Part shown: piece after piece, positions 39,190-52,280 of the stretch
Numbering within the stretch: the first letter of the stretch is position 1
How the letters are laid out: each line of letters begins with the position of its first letter
Origin: Azolla caroliniana
Lineage: Eukaryota > Plantae > Polypodiophyta
Assembly: GCA_043228905.1 (NCBI GenBank)
Contig: JBHGNT010000014.1
Coordinates: forward strand, 12,648,001 to 12,712,000
DNA length: 64,000 bases
Reading direction: 5' to 3'
Position numbers and translations under genes: made by a program
The notes under the pieces: model-generated
Seen by the model: only the letters and a program-made list of their open reading frames with translations
Databases searched by the model: none
Told to the model about the DNA's origin: nothing

Positions 39190-42100
39190 TTAATACCTCG
39201 TCGATCGTCCCCTTCCTCTTGATCTACCGCCACCACCGCCAAATCTAGACCCTCTTTCCTCGTAACTATCTTCATTTCGATCTCTTCTATCACCGCCACC
39301 AAACCGATCACTACCAAACCGATCACTACCAAACCGATCCCCACCACCACCTCGACCACCACCTCGGCCACTACCTCGGCCACCTCGCCAACCTCCATTA
39401 CCACCTCGTCTTTCATCATAGGAGTCACCACCACCTCTTGTACCACTTTGACTATTCGAGTTACGATCCCATTTATCTGTCCTTCTTGACGAGCTATCCC
39501 CAAAGCCTCTAGACGCGCTCCGTGGTCTCCGTGAATCCTCGTCATCACTGTCCTCATCTAGAAAGCTCCTCGAACCACCTCGTCTCGCCCTCGGCTCATC
39601 CTCGCTATCATCATCATCACTATCATCCTCATCTTTCGTCTTTCGTCTCAATGATGGTCGGGTGCTGCTATTTTGTCCACGCTCGTTCCGATCTTCCCTC
39701 TTCTTCATCGGACTCGGACTTGTCCTCTTGTTGAACAAATCGGAGAGTGTTGATTTCTTGCCGCTTTCCTTCTCTTCTTCCGAGTCATCTGAGTCATCCA
39801 GGATGTCATCGAGAATGTCGATGTCTGAATGACTCACATCATCATCATGGAGAGCACCTGTTTTCACACTAGTCTCCTGATCCTTCTCTTGATCAGATGA
39901 TGATGAGTTACTCCCTTCCTTTCGATGCGCTTTTGTCTTACCACCCAAAGGTAGTTTCACATCCAATTGCTCGTCAAGGGCATCCGTGGTCAAATTCGTG
40001 TCTTCCTTCCCTTCGGGTGCCAGATATGTTTTAGTCGGCCGTTTCCGACTGCACTCGACACATCGATACTTATGATCAAGGTTCTTGAAATGACACCTGC
40101 GTGAATTCAACATGCATGTGTACATGTATGCAGATAGATAGATATAGATAAACAGGCAGACAGACAAGGCAGATATAGATAGGCAGATACATATAAATAC
40201 ACACACATTGTTTATGCACATATATGAGCCTTAAAATCTCAACCCTCCACACATATCCACATATACACATACAACATACAATATTACATAAATAACACAC
40301 ATATGCGTGTATATTCATATATATACAACATTCCCAACATGATGCACGTGTGTGTATTTTATATATACAACATCACACACATGCAAACATACATACATAT
40401 GTTTGTGTCTCATGTATGCATGTATCCAATAAATACATAAACATACATGCATACACCCTACCAAAAGGATGAAAAGGGGCATTTTAATCTACAATTCAAT
40501 ACTTAGATATAAGATGATTGTGAAGAGTAAGAAAATACCTAGGACATTCCCACTGCTCAGATTTTGCATCAGACTCAGCCATAGTTTTTGTCTCCTTGTC
40601 TTTGTTGAGTATTGCTTTAACCTTCTCGGCATCTGACACCTTGGATTTCGCTTTCTTCGTGCCGCTCAACTTGATAATTTCCTTCAATAACACTGCAACT
40701 GATGACTTTACATCTTCAGCAAGTGCATCCAGTTGAGACAGCATAATGGTGCTATACAATAGTCTCATAACATCCGACAGTTTGGGTTGAATCGAAGGCA
40801 AATCAGAAACCTAATCTTTTCAAAATGCAAGACTATTATCATACGAAGAATGAGACAACAAAAAGTAAAAGATTTAGAATTGAAACTTGAAAAAATATAC
40901 ATTGTCTTCCTCTTGTGTGTCTAGTTCATAATGCTTGCGAAGCCTCTTCAAAGATGCTTGAGCTTTCTGATCATCGTCAACAAGTCCATTTTGTACAACA
41001 ATCTTGATGTCATTCTGTGGCAAAGATCTGCAATATCCGGATATGGAAAAACCTATCAATTTCAATCTGTACTTGATGTATTTCTCCATGTGAATTGCAT
41101 GTTTCCATGAGAGATCTCTAAAATTAAGAGCATAGAAGGATAGAGACATTCTTATTCTACAAATGATGTACATACCTGACATGAAATACATACATCACTT
41201 CCCCATATAAAAAGTACATAATGGTGAATCAATCTCCATATAAATAGATAGATTCTACACTACAAATGATGAAAACAAATTCTTTCCCCAGTAAAGAGGG
41301 CATGAAGGTGAATCAAACTTATTCATACATAACAAGACAGACATTAAAGCACTATCTTATACTCTACAAATGAAATGCATAACTAATTAACTACTTACAG
41401 CATACACATATACACACAAAAATACATAGCAACATGAGATGCAATCACACGCCTACACATTCTTTCATCATGTAAACAGCACATGAAGGTGAATCAATCA
41501 TACTTGTGAATGTGTAACATGGAGTAAATACACATGTATAAAGAGCTATAGTATTAGTCAACATATGATATATATAACTTACATATATACATACATACCT
41601 GGCAGGCAAACATGACATGATATGGACTGGCATATACATGGTATTTCATCATTTTGAAAGGGAAATAAATCTTACTCATAAATAGACTCATGAACCTGAG
41701 AGAACTTGTAGAGAGCTCTTTTGACTGAAACTGGGTCATCGAACAAACTCGTTTTTGAGCCACCTTTCCTTTCATCCTTCAAAAACTCCGAATTCTTCAA
41801 ATGCTCCAGAAAAGTAGTCCATTCAGGTAATCGAACCTTGGACACCATTGGTTTTCCACCATTGGGGCGAGACTTCAGCAAATTCACATCCTGGATAAGA
41901 GACTTAATCAAAGCTTTCTGATCTTCTAGCTCGGCCCTCAATGTTCTAACCTCATCTTCCAGGTTATTCGCGATCAAACCTTCATTTTTTTCTGCTTTGT
42001 CAGCGTTCCCTAGTTTTCCTTCATCATTGAGCTCGTGGGCGGTTCCTCTTTCTACAGGTACATGGTTTTCAAGCTTCTGGGCGGCGGCCTCAATTTCTTC

Positions 42101-42289
42101 TGAGGCATGATTCTCTAGTTCAACAGCAGAGCTGAAGAAGGCAACAGATGAAGGGGAGGAAGGGATGGAATGAGCGGAAATAGCAGGTAGCAGGAGCCGC
42201 TTCTGCGAAGGGGAGAAACTAGGGTTAGTGTGGCACTTCCTGAGGAGTAGGATCTCTCTCCATAAGCCTCTCCTCAACAGCATAGACAT
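39190..42289 (-). CDS. VAR3/OZ-family-like organellar RanBP2 zinc-finger protein, ~639 aa; exons 42289-41676, 41027-40901, 40810-40539, 40096-39190
   Basis: Arg/Ser-rich presequence; PEWTTFLEHL; SLKRLR and DVMRLL blocks resembling the OZ domain; the finger WECPRCHFKNLDHKYRCVEC is rebuilt across a phase-2 intron; acidic and RGG tail. GT-AG sites and phases are consistent (1920 nt). Confidence 0.85.
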
Positions 42290-42723
42290 GGCAGAGAGGC
42301 AAAGGAAAGAGGCAAAAGGAGGAGAAGAACAGAGAGAGAGAGACACAAGAGGAACAGAGTGAGGAGGGGGAAGGGGGGTTTTGTAAGGGTTTTAGGTCTC
42401 TCTTAGGTTTTACAATCTCCTCCTAATAACTCCTTTGAAAAGAGGGAATCAATAAAAGTTTGTTATAGATATTTTTCCCAGAGTTTCCAGGGTGGGGAGG
42501 TGGGTTTTCCCGGCGCCCGATTCATCAATGTTCACCATCACTTGTCGGAACTCGTATTTGCCAAACCCTCCCTGAACTCTCTGGGAACCATTAACAATCG
42601 GCAACGGTTTGGCGAAACCATGGCTTAATAGCTTAGCGGTTTAAATGGTTCAAGTTCAAGTTTTTGTAAACGGTTCGGTTTCGGTTTAATTCGGTTCGGT
42701 TCGAGCCTTGATCGGTTTAATGG

Positions 42724-45700
42724 ACCTTGTCGGCCAAGGCTATTGGGGTTACATCAAAGGAGTACAAGAAAACCGACCCGACCCTAAAGACGTCGACTAT
42801 GCAACATGGGAGCAAGCGGCAAGGCGAGTGATGTATTGCTTGGCGACATGTGTTCACGACCACATGCTCGGCTACATTCGAGAAGCCGAGACGCCAAAGG
42901 AATCGTGGGAGAATATACGAAAGACTTTCGCCGCCAACACAACCGCGAGAAAGCTTCAACTCCGCCAAGAGTTGAACAACATCCAACAACGGGATATGTC
43001 CATCACAAGCTACACCTTCAAGACCAAGGAGCTTTGCGACTCACTCGGCTCGATAAGCATCAATGTGAGATGGTGCAAATATGCCTTGGCGGCCTTGCAC
43101 CATGGTTCGGTGCGATGAGGACCGTCGTATTAGCACAGGAGAATCCACCCTCCTTCTTCAATCTTCAATCCATGTTGTTGGTCGAAGAAAACCATGTTCG
43201 AACGAGGAGCAACGCCTTGGAAGGCCACATGCTCTACATGCATTCGGACGGAGGAAGAGGACGCGCCATGCAAGAAGAGGTCGATTCGGCCAAGGACGAG
43301 GCGGACGAAGCCCGACTTACGAAAACAACTCGCAATTTCGGCATCAAGACGGAAGCCATCGAGGAACCTTCAGAAGCAGGGGGAGCTTCCATTCCGGTCC
43401 GAGCCGACAAAACTCGGTCGAATGCGGATATTGCGGCAAAATCGGCCACCAAGAAGAAGAGTGCTGAAAGAAGATGCGCGAGTCGGCCTCACTAGTCGAC
43501 AACTAACCAATTACGCTACCAATTCCGACTATGACGATTGTGGCGGAATGTTCACGATGAGACATAAAGCAAATTCTATGTCGGCTTCTACTTCAACTAG
43601 AATACGTATGGTTCGTCGACTCCAGTGCCTCGAACCATATGACGTCTCATCAAGAATGGTTCTAAGAACTTCGAGAGCCGGAAAGACCCGGCTATGTCGA
43701 AACCGGAGACGACACTATGCCTCCAATTCGGCACATCGACAATGTTCCGTTCGGAGAAAAAGGTAAGCAAACTTGCATTAAAAATGTCTTGCATGTACCA
43801 ACTATCATGAAGAATTTGGTCTCCGTTGGTCAAATTGTAGAGCAAGGAATGCAAGTTCGATTTAATCAAGGCAGTTGCTTCATCGAAAAAGAGGGTTGAC
43901 TCATCACGCGCGAACGAAGAGAGGGCCGAATGTTCATTCTCGACTCGCACGAGATGAAATCGGCCATGTTCGCAAAAGGCACGAAAGACGAGTCCGACAT
44001 AGAGTTATGGCACAAGTGGATTGGCCATATCAACCTTCAAAAGCTCAAGGCGATGCAATCGAAAGGAGTCGTCATCGGACTCCCGACCTTCAAAGAGAGA
44101 GAGATTGAAGGCGTATGTGCGGCTTGCCAATTCAGCAAGTAACATCGACATCCATTTCCGAAGGAGAGGAATGTAAACAAAGATGTATTCGATGTCATTC
44201 ATTCTAATGTATGGGGACCGGCTCAAACGGCGACATTCGGTGGATGCCGATACTACGTGACCTTTATCGACGACTTCTCTAGGCACACTTGTATCTATCC
44301 GATGTGGCAAAAGAGCGAAGTGTTTGGACACTTCCAAAAATTCAAGAGTGGAGTCAAGGAAGCTACGAGTCGACACGTACAGTGCCTTCGATCGGATGGA
44401 GGCAAGGAATATTTCTCAAATGAGTTTATGGCGTATCCACGGAAAGAAGGCATTTAGCAAGAGTTTTACGCCACAACAAAAGGGAGTGGCCGAACGAAAG
44501 AATCGGCACATCCTCAAAGTAGCACGGGCCATGATGAATGAAAAGCACGTGCTGAAGTCGTACTGGGCAGAAGCGGCTAACACGGCCGTATACCTCATGA
44601 ATCGGTGTACGACATCGGGTGTGCATGAACTAACTCCGCACGAGAAGTTTTTTGGAAAGAAGCCAGACCTATCGCATGTTCGGATATTCGGCTCCATTGC
44701 GTACGTGCACATCCCCAATGAGAAGCAATAAAAGCTCAACCCGAAGTCGGAGAAACGTATCCTCGTAGGATACTCACTGGAGCAAAAGGGGTACAAGTGC
44801 TATAACCCCTCAACTCAAAGGAGTAAGTCAAGACGTCGTTTTCGACGAGTCCGCATCTAGGTATGCACCAGAGACAACTTCGACTTCGATTCCGCTCAAC
44901 TTGGATTCCGCCGAAATAGAGATAAAAGCCGAAGATTGACTCACGCACATGTTTGAAGAAAGCCCAATTACGACAAGGTTTAGTGGGCCACAAGAGCCCC
45001 CAAGCGATCAAAGCACATCTCGGCCAAGTCCGAAGTTGGACAAAGGGAAGGCAAAAATGCCGGAGTATGAAGACGATCATTTCGACGACATCGAATCGAC
45101 TCACTCCCTCAATAGTGAGTTCGAAGGCCTTGACATCCGGACAAATGGAGTGAAGAAAGCCTTAGAATCCGCAAATGAGAAGCTCCGCCGATCCACTCGT
45201 GAAAAGAACCATGTAAGCCAATTTGGCTATGATGAGTAGATGGCGTACCATTACGCATTTATGATGAAGGTGGCAATAGTACGGGAGCCGGAAACCTTTT
45301 CCGAAGCCGCGAAGGACCCGCAATGGATCGAAGCAATGAACGAGGAGATGCGTGCATTACACAAGTACGAGACATTGGATCTCGTTCCCCACTCACCACA
45401 CAAGAAGGCAATTGGCTACAGATGGATCTACAAGGTAAAGTATAATGTCGATAGCTCCGTCAACTGCTACAAAGCTCGACTCGTAGCGAAAGGATACACA
45501 CAAACACATGGAGTCAACTATGAAGAGACCTTTTCCCTAGTGGCAAAGATGACAATGGTGTGGATCGTGATCGCACTCGCAGCGGCAAAAGGGTGGCACC
45601 TCCACCAAATGGACATCAAGAATGCCTTTCTTCAAGGCGAATTAGAAGAGGAGGTGTACATGGTACAACCACCCGGCTTTGAATTGTGTACTCATTTGAA

Positions 45701-46585
45701 AGATGTGTGCCGACTCAAGAAGCCACTCTACGGCCTCAAGCAAGCATCGCGTGCTTGGCATTTGAAGATTACGCAATATCTTCATCAAATCGGCTCTCGA
45801 ATGTCGAAATTCGACAACTCCCTCTATGTACGACACAACTCTAGAAGCCTAATTGTCATTATCCTATATGTGGATGATCTGGTCATTGGAGGTGAAAGTC
45901 TGGTCGACATCAACAAGGTCAAGTCCCTAGGAGCCGACAAGCTTCGGCAATTCATGTCAAACCTCGGATTGATGATCCCTGACTTGCCAAGCTTGAGGGC
46001 AAGTACAAGCGAGAACCGGATACCATCCGAACAGGGTACAAGCAGAAGTGGACACCGGAGATTGTCCGAACCGGATACCAGCCGAAGCGGACATCAATCA
46101 AAAGGAACCGACCCGAGTTGAGCTTGAGGGGGCATGTTGAGAATCAAGCTCAACATAGTGCAACGTGTGAACACACCTTTTGAGAATCTATGATTACTCA
46201 AAGGTCAAGAGTCACACCACTACTCTCTACACATTAACTATGTGTCATAGAATCATATTCTACGACACATAACTAATGAGTTACATATTCCCCATGACTA
46301 TGAGTCTTCACATTCCCCAAGAGAGAGTAGTTGCCGTAGTTAGTTAATAAAGAGAGAGGGTGACTATATATAAAGCACCCTTCTCCTACTTCATATTAAG
46401 TCGGTTGTGACTCCTTGTAATGCTACATTTTGTATTTGCTATTCTACTTGTCAATATACACCTTCTTCTTGAGTATTCCTTTTTCTATCTATCTTGTGTT
46501 CTCTCTTCTCTCCTCTAATTCCTCGCACACATACACATAACACACATCTCTTCCGCTACACAAGAATCATACCCCATTCTTTACA
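42724..46585 (+). mobile_element. 5'-truncated Ty1/copia (family B): gag-PR-IN-RT, most of RNase H deleted, 3' LTR 46135-46585
   Basis: Homologous to 7415-9658. RT LYVDDL (ORF 45240-46121) jumps NKVKS|LGADKL to the RNase H end. PPT GAGGGGGCA precedes the LTR. Confidence 0.9.
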
Positions 46586-47527
46586 TGGTATCAGGGCGGT
46601 TTGGTAGCTCGATCTAGCCCATCTGCGTGTGTTGTGTTCTACGCCGATGTTTGAGAAGAATCAGTCCATCGCTATCGTAGTTCGACTACATAGCTCGTAT
46701 TCGAGAGAGAAGGAAAAGAAAAGAAGGAAGAAATCTTCATCGACAATGAATACTCAAATGGGGAGCGCTCTCCCTTGCGAGAAGCTAGATCGAAACAACT
46801 TTGCATCTTGGGAGCACTATCACTTCATTCGAGAGCGCGTTCAGGCTGGCGATGTCAACCTACAACATATCACTACGAATCTTCAGACAACCGACATCTT
46901 CACCAAAGACCTAGGAGTCGACAAGCTTCGGCGATTCCTGTCAGACCTTGGATTGTCAGTCCCTGACATGCCAAGCTTGAGGGGGAGTACAAGCGAGAAT
47001 CGGATATCATCCGAACCGGATACGAGCCGAAGTGGACATCAACCGAAGTAGCCGACCAACGTTGAGCTTGAGGGGGCGTGTTGAGAATCAAGCTCAACCT
47101 AGTCTAGTGTGTGAACACACCCTTGAGAGTGTGCACTCAAAGGTCAAAAGTCACCACTCTTATCTGCACATTAACTATGTGTCATAGAATCATATTCTAT
47201 GACACATAACTAATGAGTTACATATTCCCCATGACTATGAGCCTTCACATTCCCCAAGAGAGAGAGAGTGGTTGTTGTAGTTAGTTAATGAAGAGAGAGG
47301 GTGACTATATATAAATCACCCTCCTCACACTTCATACTAAGTCAGTTGTGATTCCTTGTAATGCTACAATTTTGTATCTCTATTCTACTTGTGAAATATA
47401 CACCTTCTTCTTGAGTATTTTATTTCTCTTGCTTATCTATCTTGTGTTCTCTTCTCTCCTCTATTTTTCTCACACAGAAACACACATATCTATTCTGCTG
47501 CACAAGAATCATCATTGATTCTTTACA
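46586..47527 (+). mobile_element. Second family B unit sharing LTR 46135-46585: PBS, gag start fused to RNase H end, PPT, LTR 47079-47527
   Basis: PBS TGGTATCAGGGC 46586-46597; NNFASWEH|YHFIRERV fusion; PPT GAGGGGGCG; TG...CA LTR. Confidence 0.85.
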
Positions 47528-49411
47528 GCGACATAGAGCAAATTCTATGTCGGCCTCTACTTCGACTAATGCCTCCAATCCAAAAGATGTATGGTTCGTC
47601 GACTCCGGTGCCTCGAACCATATGACGTCCCATCAAGAATGGTTCTGAGACGTACGAGAGCCGGATCAACCCGGTTGTGTCGAGACCGGAGACGACACCA
47701 CTCATCTTATTAGGCATGTCGGCAATGTCCCATTCGGGAAAGACGGTGAACAAACTTGCATAAAAAATGTCTTACATGTACCCACCATAACGAAGAATTT
47801 GGTCTTGATTGGCCAAATTGTGGAGCAAGGGATGCAAGTTTGATTCAACCAAGGTGGTTGCTTTATTGAGAAGGAAGTTCGACTAATTGCTTGTGGTCGA
47901 AGGGAAGGCCGAATGTTTATCCTCGAAGCGAACGAGGTAAAATCAGCCATGTTTGCAAAGGGTCTCAAACCCGACACTGACATAGAGCTATGACATAAAA
48001 GAATCGGCCATATCAATCTCAACAAACTCAAGACGATGCAATTGAAAGAAGTCGTCATTGGGCTCCCGACTTTCAAAGAGAAAGAGATTGAAGGAGTATT
48101 TGAAGCATGCCAATTCAGCAAGCAACATCAACACCTGTTCCCGAAGGAGAGGAACGTGAGCAAAGGCCTATTGGACGTAGTCCACTCAGATGTGTGGGGA
48201 CCGGCACAGACGACCACATTCGGAGGATGTTGGTACTATGTTACCTTCATCAACGACTCCTCTAGATACACATGGATCTTTCCCATGAGGATGAAGAGCG
48301 AAGTGTTTACACACTTCCAAGAATTCAAAAGCGAAGTCGAAAGGACAACTAGTCACCATGTACGATGTCTTCGGTCGGACGGAGGAAAGGAATACTTCTC
48401 TTATGCATTCACGACATACCTTCGACAAGAAGGAATTTGGTGAGAATTCACTTGCCGACACACACCGCAACAGAACGGTGTAGCCAAATGCGAGAATCGG
48501 CACATCCTCGAAGTAGCAAGGGCCATGCTAAATGAGAAGCATATGCCCAAGTCATATTGGGCAGAAGTTGCAAATACCACCGTCTACCTCATGAACCGGT
48601 ACACAACATCCGGAGTGCACGAGGTCACCCTACACGAGAAGTACTATGGGAAGAAGCCGGATCTATCCCATATAAGGATATTCGGCTCCATTGCATACGT
48701 GCACATTCCTGATGAGAGGCGGCAAAAGCTTGACCCAAAATGAGAGAAGTGCATCCTCGTGGGGTACTCACTAGAGCAAAAGGGGTACAAGTGATTCAAA
48801 CCCTCTACTTGGAAGGCTCGTGTAAGTCGGGATGTCGTCTTTAATGAATCAACATCATGGTACAAACCCGAGCTGACTCCTCCCGAACCATCTACGAATG
48901 ACCTCGACAACACAGAAGACGATGATCAACTAAGGTCAATACTCGAAGAGAGTCCGATCTCAACCAGATTGAGCGGACCACAAGAATCTCCAAGCAACTG
49001 AAGCACATCTCGGCCAAGTCCAAAGATGGACAAAGGAATGGCCAAAATGCCGGAACATGAAGACGATCACTTCGACGCCAACAAATCGACTCACTGACTC
49101 GATACTGAGTTCGAAGGCTTTGATATGCCTCTTATGAGGTCACCCGGAGTTAAGAAAGAACTCATATCGGTAAATGAGAAACTCCATCACTCCACCCGAG
49201 AGAAGAATCCGGTTAGCCGATTCGGCTACAACAACTATATGGCATACCACTATGCATTTATGATGAAGGTGGCAACAGTTCGAGAACCGGAGAGCTTTGC
49301 CGAAGCTGCTAAAGATCCGCGATGGGTCGAAACGATGAATGAGGAGATGCAAACTCTCAGCAAGAATGAGACATGGGATCTCGTCCCTCACTCATCGCAC
49401 AAGAAGGCAAT

Positions 49412-51846
49412 TGTCGAGACTCGTGGGTAGAAGATAGAGTGAGAGCGAGAGCGAAAGAGAGAGGGTGTGTGTGTGTGCGTGCGTGAGAGTGAGAGAGAGA
49501 GTGAGTGAGAGAGTGAGAGAGTGAGAGAGATAAGACTTCAAATAGAAATGAGATTATATTATGATGAAACCAGATTACAATGAGTAGGCTAAGGGCTAAA
49601 GACTGGTGTTGAACCGAATGAGTTGAAACGAATGTATAGACAGTTATTTATAGGTCCTTATGGAGTAATCTAGAATGTTCTAGAATATTTTAGATTTTAT
49701 GATAAGAAATATAATCATGAAATATTAAAGGATGTTCTAGAATAATCTAGAATGTTCTAGAATATTCTAATATCTTGTAATAACTAGAAACATAATTATT
49801 ATAATCACACAACATATATGTTATTACAATGGTTAAGGGTTCAACACATAGACCAAGAAGTCGTGGGTTCGATTCTTGATAACCAAAATGTTGTCTTCAT
49901 GACATTATCCCCCCCTTTCGATGACAAGTTCCACGAGTCGGAAGACAAGAGTTCGGACTTGGTTTATAGGGATATTTGTCGTGAAATGCAACAACCATGT
50001 CGGAGGCATTAACAAGATGCTCGGCAGGCTCCCATGTTCGATCATTAGGTGTATAACCTAACCAATCAACCAAATAATATAGTTTGTTTAGCGTACTATC
50101 CCAGATTGGTGAAGATGGTGAACTGCACCCTGTGGCTTTTCACTCATGGAAATTTGAAGCCGCAGAAATCAACTATGAGATTCACGATAAAGAGCTTCTT
50201 GCCATTGTGGATTCTTTTCAACAATGGCATCATTTTTTGGAGGGTTCTTCTCAACAGATTATTGTCTTCAATGATCACAAAAATCTAACATACTTCCAAA
50301 GCGCTCGAGTCTTGAATCGTCGACAAGCTCGTTGGGCGTAGTTCTTAACTCGTTTTGATTTTGTAATTCTATATCGCCCTGGGATGCAACAAGGAAAAGC
50401 AGATGCTTTATCTCGACGTTCGTATATGGAACTTCAACCAGGAGAGGCCACATTTGAAAGTCTAAAGCAAATCCTCTTAGGTCCTGATCGTCTACGAGTA
50501 ATATCAATACATACTATCAACACACTAGGAGATTCGAGGCTTCTTGATTCCATTCGGGAGAAGATTGCGACAAATGCATTCGCCCAAGAGGTTTTGAGTC
50601 ATATTATCCTAGATCGTGCTTCCAACTCTCAATCTAAAAATCCTCTTCTAGACTACATCCAGTTCAATTGGCATGATGGTTTGCTTTTTCGACAAACTCT
50701 CTTGTATGTGCTTGACGGTCCTTCTCGACTCAAAGTCGTGCAACAATGTCATGACACGCCAATGGCTGGATATTTCGGCATCCACAAGACTTTTGAGTTG
50801 ATTTCTTGCCGATATTGATGGCCATGGCTTTGCCATTTTGTTACGGATTATGTTTGTAGTTGTGATACATGTTGCCGATCAAAAAAACCTCGACATCATC
50901 CATATGGCCTATTACAGCCAATGCCTATTCCGGAGAGCCCATGGAAATCTATTTCCTTGGACTTTATTATGGATCTTCCACCTTCCAAAGGATTTGATTC
51001 TATTCTCACGGTAGTCGATCGTTTTACGAAGATGGTACATTTCCTTCCATGCACGAAGACCATTACTAGTCAAGAGACAACCGATTTACTCATGCGGGAG
51101 GTGTTTCGCCATCATGGTCTTCCGGATGATATTATCAGTGATCGGGGTCCCCAATTCATCTCAAAATTTTGGCGGCACATGTTTAAACTCTTACATACTT
51201 CTTGTAAACTCTCTTCCGGCTACCATCCACAGACTAATGGGCAGAGTGAGCGCACCAACCAAACAGTCGAACAATATCTACGTTGTTTTGTCAACTATCA
51301 ACAAGATGATTGGGTGGATTTATTACATTTGGTGGAATTTGCTTACAACAACTCTGAACATTCTTCTACTGGCTATTCCCCATTTTTTGCTAACATTGGT
51401 ACCATCCTCGTTGGACGATGCTTGAACATCCCGAACTCCTGAAAAACCCGGTTGCTGAAGATCGGCTCACTCGACTCCAAGAAATTCAAGATATACTTTT
51501 GCATCATTTATGTGATGCCCAAAACACTGAAAAGAAGATTGCTAATTGTCATCGGTGTGATTCATCGACCACGTTTCAAGTAGGAGATTGTGTATGGCTC
51601 TTACAAGGTAGCATTAAAACCAATCAACCTTGCTACAAATTGGATTATCAACGTTTCGGCCCATATGTGATCTCTGGTAAGATCAATGATGTGACATTTC
51701 GTCTTGATCTCCCTCATATGCGTCTTCACCCGGGCTTCCATGTTTCACTTTTGGAGCCCTACACAACAAGCTCAATTCCGAGTCGTCTTACACCTCCCCC
51801 ACCTCCAATCGAAGTTTCCAATGGCTCTGAATATGAGGTTGCTGCA
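49412..51846. mobile_element. Rearranged Ty3/gypsy chromovirus: 3' LTR 49412-49904, PPT and chromodomain on minus; RNase H-integrase on plus
   Basis: TGTC...GACA LTR and PPT (CCCCCCCTT at ~49909). Minus strand reads YYLVDWLGYTPNDRTWEPAEHLVNA. Plus strand reads NYEIHDKELLAI, SLDFIMDLP, SDRGPQF, HPQTNGQSER, GPY, EYEV. Confidence 0.9.
49671..49768. promoter_or_regulatory. Heat-shock element arrays (nGAAn inverted repeats) upstream of the LTR TATA box
   Basis: aGAAtgTTCtaGAAtaTTTt at 49672 and gTTCtaGAAtaATCtaGAAtgTTCtaGAAtaTTCt at 49734-49768. TATAAATA lies on the minus strand at ~49645-49652. Confidence 0.7.
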
Positions 51847-52122
51847 ACGAAAGGGTGGCACCTCCACCAGATGGATGTCAACAATATCTTTCTTCAAGGT
51901 GAATTAGAAGAGGAGGTGTTACATGGTACAACCATCCGACTTCAAATCCAATATTCATCCGAAAGCCGTCTGCCGACTCAAGAAGCCTCTCTACGGCCTT
52001 AAGCAAGAACCATGTGCTTGGCACTCGAAGATAACATAATATCTTCATCGAATCGGTTTCCGAATGTCAAAATCCTGTTGGGATTACGGTCCCTCCGGAT
52101 GGGATGGTCGGATGTCCGGGAA

Positions 52123-52280
52123 TCGGGAATGAAGACCCGGTTCCGGAGCCGGATGATGGAGACCCAGTTCCGGATCCGGATGATGAAGACCCGGTTTCCG
52201 GATCCGGATGATGAAGACCCAGGTTACGGAGCCGGATGATGAAGACCCCGGCTACGGAGCCGGATGACGAATGTACCCGG
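52123..52280 (+). repeat. 27-28 bp CpG-rich tandem repeats in LTR U3
   Basis: About 5-6 copies of CCGGATGATGAAGACCCGGTT(T/A)CGGA(G/T). Confidence 0.85.

Larger units (their letters stand above)
47528..52075 (+). mobile_element. Host family B copia pol fragments (PR-IN-RT start 47528-49411; RT piece ~51847-52075)
   Basis: WFVDSGASNHMT, HSDVWGP, EPESFAEA, KKAI; resumes with KGWHLHQMDV after the gypsy insertion. Confidence 0.8.

Noticed and set aside
39174-39557. Overlapping Val-rich ORF in the last exon of the zinc-finger gene
   Set aside because: It is an alternate frame of GGT/GGC-rich RGG codons. The many short antisense ORFs over TEs were rejected for similar reasons.
42488-42712. Possible hAT/MITE end with AACCG repeats upstream of the zinc-finger gene
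   Set aside because: No convincing TIR pair or 8-bp TSD could be read.
49815-49886. Functional tRNA gene
   Set aside because: Acceptor, anticodon and T stems do not pair. Kept only as a tRNA-like finding.
52123-52280. CRISPR-like regularly spaced repeats
   Set aside because: Head-to-tail tandem units with no unique spacers, inside a eukaryotic LTR, and no cas genes.
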